In this document: positions 22,468 through 25,854 of the stretch, piece after piece
Layout of the letters: each line of letters opens with the position of its first letter
Position numbering within the stretch: the stretch's first letter is position 1
Assembly: GCA_035285125.1 (NCBI GenBank)
Contig: JAYKHR010000079.1
Location: 1 to 25,854, forward strand
DNA: 25,854 nucleotides
DNA from: Candidatus Sericytochromatia bacterium
Lineage (GTDB): Bacteria > Cyanobacteriota > Sericytochromatia > S15B-MN24 > JAQBPE01
Direction of reading: 5' to 3'
The notes under the pieces: generated by a model
Told to the model about the DNA's origin: nothing
The model's input: only the letters and a program-made list of their open reading frames with translations
Database searches by the model: none
Program-made: the position numbers and the translations under genes

Positions 22468-25400
22468 GCCTCCACCGGCTCCCCCGCCTCGATCCGCTTT
22501 GCCACCCGCTGCGTCTCCGGCATCGGGTCGATGTCGAGCTCGTCCGAGAGCAGCACCACGCAGCGGTCGTAGGTCCGCAGCGCCGCGGCCCGGTCGCCCT
22601 GCCGGTAGTAGGCCACCATCAGCAGCCGGTGGGCCTCCTCGGTCAGGGGCTCGAGGGCGAGCAGCCGCGAGCACCAGTCGATGCAGCCCGCGTCCTCGCC
22701 GCGCGCCGAGAGCAGCCGGGCGAGGCGCAGGGACCCCTCGGCGAACCGGTGCGCGAGGCGCTCGCGCTCGCGGTCACACCAGGCCTCGTGGCTGGTGAAG
22801 GCCTGCAGGAACGGGCCCTCGTAGCGCTCCAGGGCCGCCCGGTAGGTGGCGAGGAGCCTGTCTTCGGGCTCCCTCTGCGCCTCCATCGCGGCGGCCGCGT
22901 CGAGGCCGTCCTCGAAGGCTGCCACGTCGAGGGCCACCTCGGGCGGCCCGGCGAGGCCGTAGCCGCCGCCGCTGCGCAGCACGAAGCGCGAGGGAGCCCC
23001 GGCCGCGCGGTCAGGCTCCAGCGCCTTGTTGAGGGCGTTGAGCACCACACGGAAGGCGCCATCGGCCGTGCCGGGGTCGGCCTCTGGCCACAGCGTGTCG
23101 AGGATGCGGGCCTTGGAGAGGGTCTGGCCGCGCGCCGCGATCAGCAGGTGCAGCAGCTGGCGGGCCTTCTCGCGGCCCCAGACGCGCTCGCCGAGCTCCT
23201 GCCCGGCGAGCCAGACGCGGAAGCGGCCGAGGGCCTGGAGCCGCAGCGGGGCGTCGGGGGCCGGTGCCGGGGGCGGGGCGCTGGGAGCTTCCCCCGGCGC
23301 GGCCTGCCAGGCTGTCGGGGGGATCCCGTGGCGTTGAGCCGCCTGCACGAAGCGCTGGGCCGCGGTCGCATCCGGGAAGCCCATCAGCGTGGGGCCCGTG
23401 ACGAGGAACCCGTGCCCCTCCTGCCGCACGCGCTCCGCAAGCTCCGCCGCGAGCGCGGCGAAGCCGGCCTCGTCACCGTCGCGCAGCGCAGTGCGGGCCG
23501 CCGCGAGCGCCACGCAGGCCTGCCCGAAGGCGTCCTGGCAGGCCTCGAAGCCCGCTCGCGCCCGGGCGAGCCAGGGCCCGGCGCGGCGATCGCCCGCCTC
23601 GCACCAGCCTGCGCCGACGGCCAAGGCCGTCAGGGCCACGACCCAGCCGTCCCCGGCCCCCTCGGCGATCGCGGCGGCCTCTGCCGCCAGCGCCTCGGCC
23701 ACGTCCCCGTCGCCCCGCCGGGCCGCGAGCAGGGCCCGGCCGAACAGGGGCTCGGCCCGCAGCCGCGCGACGCCGATGGCCTCGGCCAGCGCCAGGGCGG
23801 CGGCGTAGTCTTGCTCGGCCGCCTCGGGCCGCCCCGCGACGACGTGGGCGTGCCCGCGGCGCATCAGCCCGACGGCCTCGGCCCAGGCCGCCTGCTGCCG
23901 CCGGGCTCGCTCCAGCCCGGCCGTGGCGGCCCGCTCCGCGGCCGGGGCATCCCCGGCCAACGCCTCCACGAAGGCCAGCACGAGGGCCGGCTCGCGGTGG
24001 GCGCGGGACGGCGCCTCCGCGTTCTCCGCGCCCAGCGCCCCGTGCAGGATGGCACGCGCCTCCGCCAGCCGCCCGAGCCTCAGGCGCAACCGCCCCTCGT
24101 GGGCCGTGACGTCGGGCAGGGCCTCGCGCACGTCGGCAAACAGCGCGAGGGCGCCGGCCGCGTCCCCCCGGTTCAGGCGGTTCTCGGCCATCAGCACGAG
24201 CAGCTCCGAGCGGCGCCGCGGATCCTCCGCGTCGGCCAGCGCCGCCTCCAAGTGGGGCTCCGCGAGGGTCGGGCGGGCCGTGTCGAGGTACACCAGCGCG
24301 AGGCCGGCGCTCGCGCGGGAGCGCCCCTCGGCCGCGTCGCCGTAGGCCCGGCGGGCCCGCTCGTACCAGCCGATTGCATCTTCGAATGCGGCAGCCAGCC
24401 GGGCCGCGTCGCCGAGGCCGACCAGCAGGGCCGGCGCCACGTCGAGCGACGCCTGTGGCAGCCGCCCGGCCCAGGCGGCCAGCAATCCGCCGCGACCCTG
24501 ATCGACGAGGTCGGGGGCCAGCAGGGCCATCATCGCGATGGCGGGCTCGTGGGCCCCGGCCGCGAGCAGCTGCACGATGGCCTCCTCGGGCTCGCCGTGG
24601 GTCGCGAGGGCGTGGGCCGCCGCCTGGCGTGCGACGGCGAGCTGGCCCTGCTCGGCGAGCCGGGCCAGCAGGAACTCGCGCATCAGGTGGTGGTGGCGGT
24701 AGGCCTGGCCCTCCAGCGAGATCAGGAAGAGCCCGTGGTCGTGCAGCGCCCGGAGGCTCGCCTGGGCCTCCGCTGCCCCGCCCGGCAGCCGCGCCAGCGT
24801 CGCACAGACCCCCGGCTCCAGCCGCTCCAGCGGCGCGGTGGCGAAGAGGAAGGCCACGAGGGCGGGCTCCAGCCGGGAAAGCGCCTCCGCGGCGAGGTAG
24901 CCGAAGAGGTCCTCGTGGCCGGGCAGCCCGGAGCCGGGGCCCGAAGCCTGCAGGCGCCCGGCGACGAGCGGCAGCGCCATCGGCCAGCCCTCCGTCTCGG
25001 CGAGCAGGGCCGCGACGGCCTCCGGGGGGGCGTCGAGGCCGTGCACCGCCGCCAGCCAGGCCGTGAGTTCCTCCGGCGTGAAGGCGAGGTCCGCCTGCCC
25101 GATGGTCACCACCTCCCCCGCGAGGCGCCAGCGCGGCAAATCCGGCAGCTCGGGGGGCGTGCGGGCCGTCAGCACGACCCGCAAGTTGGGCGGCGCGTGG
25201 CGCACGAGGTGGCCGACCAGCGCCGTGACGCCCGAGCCCGCGACGCGGTGGAAGTCGTCGAGCACGAGCCAGGTCTCGGCCGTGAGCCGGTCGAGCCAGG
25301 CGTCCGCGAGGGCCTCGATCGCCGCCTCGCCGTGCCGCTCAGCCCCGCCCGGGGCCGCCAGCAGCGTCAGCATCCGCCCCGCCGCCCCGGGGTGGGCGCG

Positions 25401-25673
25401 GTGCGCCGCGTGGGCCAGGTGAACGGCGAAGGTCTGCGCATCGGCGTCACGCTCCGAGAGCTCGTACCAGATGGTCGGCACGCCCCGCGCCCGCACGTGA
25501 GCCGCCACGAGGGAGGACTTGCCGTAGCCCGCTGCCGCCACGACGAGCCCCAGCCGGGCCTCGGTGAGGGTCTCCAGGCGCGCATCGAGCCGGGCGCGGC
25601 CCAGGTGGGAGCGCCGGGGCGTGGGCAGCACGAACTTGGTGCGGGTGACGAGGTCTTCGCCGAAGAGGGGCAC
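22464..25673 (-). CDS. MalT-like STAND ATPase - TPR transcriptional activator with C-terminal OmpR-type wHTH and BTAD (SARP module)
   Basis: TKFVLP, Walker A AAAGYGKS, Walker B LVLDDFH, TEGWP and YRHHHLMREFL; C-terminal LGRFRV, KARQLL, DVAAFE, YEGPFL, EEAHRLLM, ALRTYDRC and ELDIDP. Confidence 0.93.
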   Translation of the reverse strand: MPLFGEDLVTRTKFVLPTPRRSHLGRARLDARLETLTEARLGLVVAAAGYGKSSLVAAHVRARGVPTIWYELSERDADAQTFAVHLAHAAHRAHPGAAGRMLTLLAAPGGAERHGEAAIEALADAWLDRLTAETWLVLDDFHRVAGSGVTALVGHLVRHAPPNLRVVLTARTPPELPDLPRWRLAGEVVTIGQADLAFTPEELTAWLAAVHGLDAPPEAVAALLAETEGWPMALPLVAGRLQASGPGSGLPGHEDLFGYLAAEALSRLEPALVAFLFATAPLERLEPGVCATLARLPGGAAEAQASLRALHDHGLFLISLEGQAYRHHHLMREFLLARLAEQGQLAVARQAAAHALATHGEPEEAIVQLLAAGAHEPAIAMMALLAPDLVDQGRGGLLAAWAGRLPQASLDVAPALLVGLGDAARLAAAFEDAIGWYERARRAYGDAAEGRSRASAGLALVYLDTARPTLAEPHLEAALADAEDPRRRSELLVLMAENRLNRGDAAGALALFADVREALPDVTAHEGRLRLRLGRLAEARAILHGALGAENAEAPSRAHREPALVLAFVEALAGDAPAAERAATAGLERARRQQAAWAEAVGLMRRGHAHVVAGRPEAAEQDYAAALALAEAIGVARLRAEPLFGRALLAARRGDGDVAEALAAEAAAIAEGAGDGWVVALTALAVGAGWCEAGDRRAGPWLARARAGFEACQDAFGQACVALAAARTALRDGDEAGFAALAAELAERVRQEGHGFLVTGPTLMGFPDATAAQRFVQAAQRHGIPPTAWQAAPGEAPSAPPPAPAPDAPLRLQALGRFRVWLAGQELGERVWGREKARQLLHLLIAARGQTLSKARILDTLWPEADPGTADGAFRVVLNALNKALEPDRAAGAPSRFVLRSGGGYGLAGPPEVALDVAAFEDGLDAAAAMEAQREPEDRLLATYRAALERYEGPFLQAFTSHEAWCDRERERLAHRFAEGSLRLARLLSARGEDAGCIDWCSRLLALEPLTEEAHRLLMVAYYRQGDRAAALRTYDRCVVLLSDELDIDPMPETQRVAKRIEAGEPVEA

Positions 25674-25717
25674 GGGGGATCCTTCCGCTGGGAGTCCGGA
25701 CCTCTTCTACCGCGGTG

Positions 25718-25854
25718 TCAGGCCGGCGCCACTTCGAAAGCCACGACGTTGCGTTCTTCGCGGCTGAACTCGATGCCGACGAGGGTGACGGTGACGCCGG
25801 GTTCCCGGTACTTCTCGGCGTAGCCCTTCGCTTGGAGTTGCGCGAGGGCACGGC
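25718..25854 (-). CDS. C-terminus of a PD-(D/E)XK nuclease domain (PDDEXK_9 type, usually fused to an AAA-ATPase-like domain); starts outside the window
   Basis: Hand translation RALAQLQAKGYAEKYREPGVTVTLVGIEFSREERNVVAFEVAPA* shows the family's ALxQIxxKxYxxKY...GxxF pattern. Confidence 0.75.
   Translation of the reverse strand, partial: RALAQLQAKGYAEKYREPGVTVTLVGIEFSREERNVVAFEVAPA

Noticed and set aside
22110..25823. 1237-aa plus-strand ORF
   Set aside because: Antisense to the STAND-BTAD activator; Gly/Arg/Pro-rich shadow translation.
22294..25854. Prophage or integrative element suggested by the Xis-like HTH and PD-(D/E)XK nuclease
   Set aside because: No integrase, att-like repeats, phage genes or visible compositional shift in the window.

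Overview
High-GC bacterial chromosomal window, about 22 genes, mostly on the minus strand, with no rRNA, tRNA, CRISPR or intact mobile element. Left to right: a DUF4178 / Gly-Tyr-His-rich peptide / membrane protein / membrane-type polyamine aminopropyltransferase operon; a Ser/Thr kinase-TPR protein; an orphan SphR/PhoB-like response regulator; a radical SAM gene coupled to a Bcp/PrxQ peroxiredoxin that the ORF track missed; a kinase-STAND ATPase-TPR protein; a His-repeat membrane protein; several lipoproteins; a degenerate ADP-ribosylglycohydrolase; an M13 peptidase; GTP-dependent PEPCK; an MFS transporter; a FabG-like SDR; an acyl-CoA ligase; a small HTH gene; a MalT-like STAND/BTAD (SARP-type) activator; and the C-terminus of a PD-(D/E)XK nuclease. 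Main observations: (1) the peroxiredoxin has an in-frame TGA exactly at the peroxidatic Cys, followed by a long hairpin with a non-canonical loop, so it is probably a recoded selenoprotein. (2) Two near-identical promoters with 11-bp-period TGTAACG repeats suggest a local regulon for the neighbouring BTAD activator. (3) A cyanobacterial-type Pho-box triplet lies upstream of a scramblase-like lipoprotein. (4) A Lys-terminated Gly-rich peptide could be the substrate of the aminopropyltransferase. All family calls come from motif recognition by eye; no searches were run.
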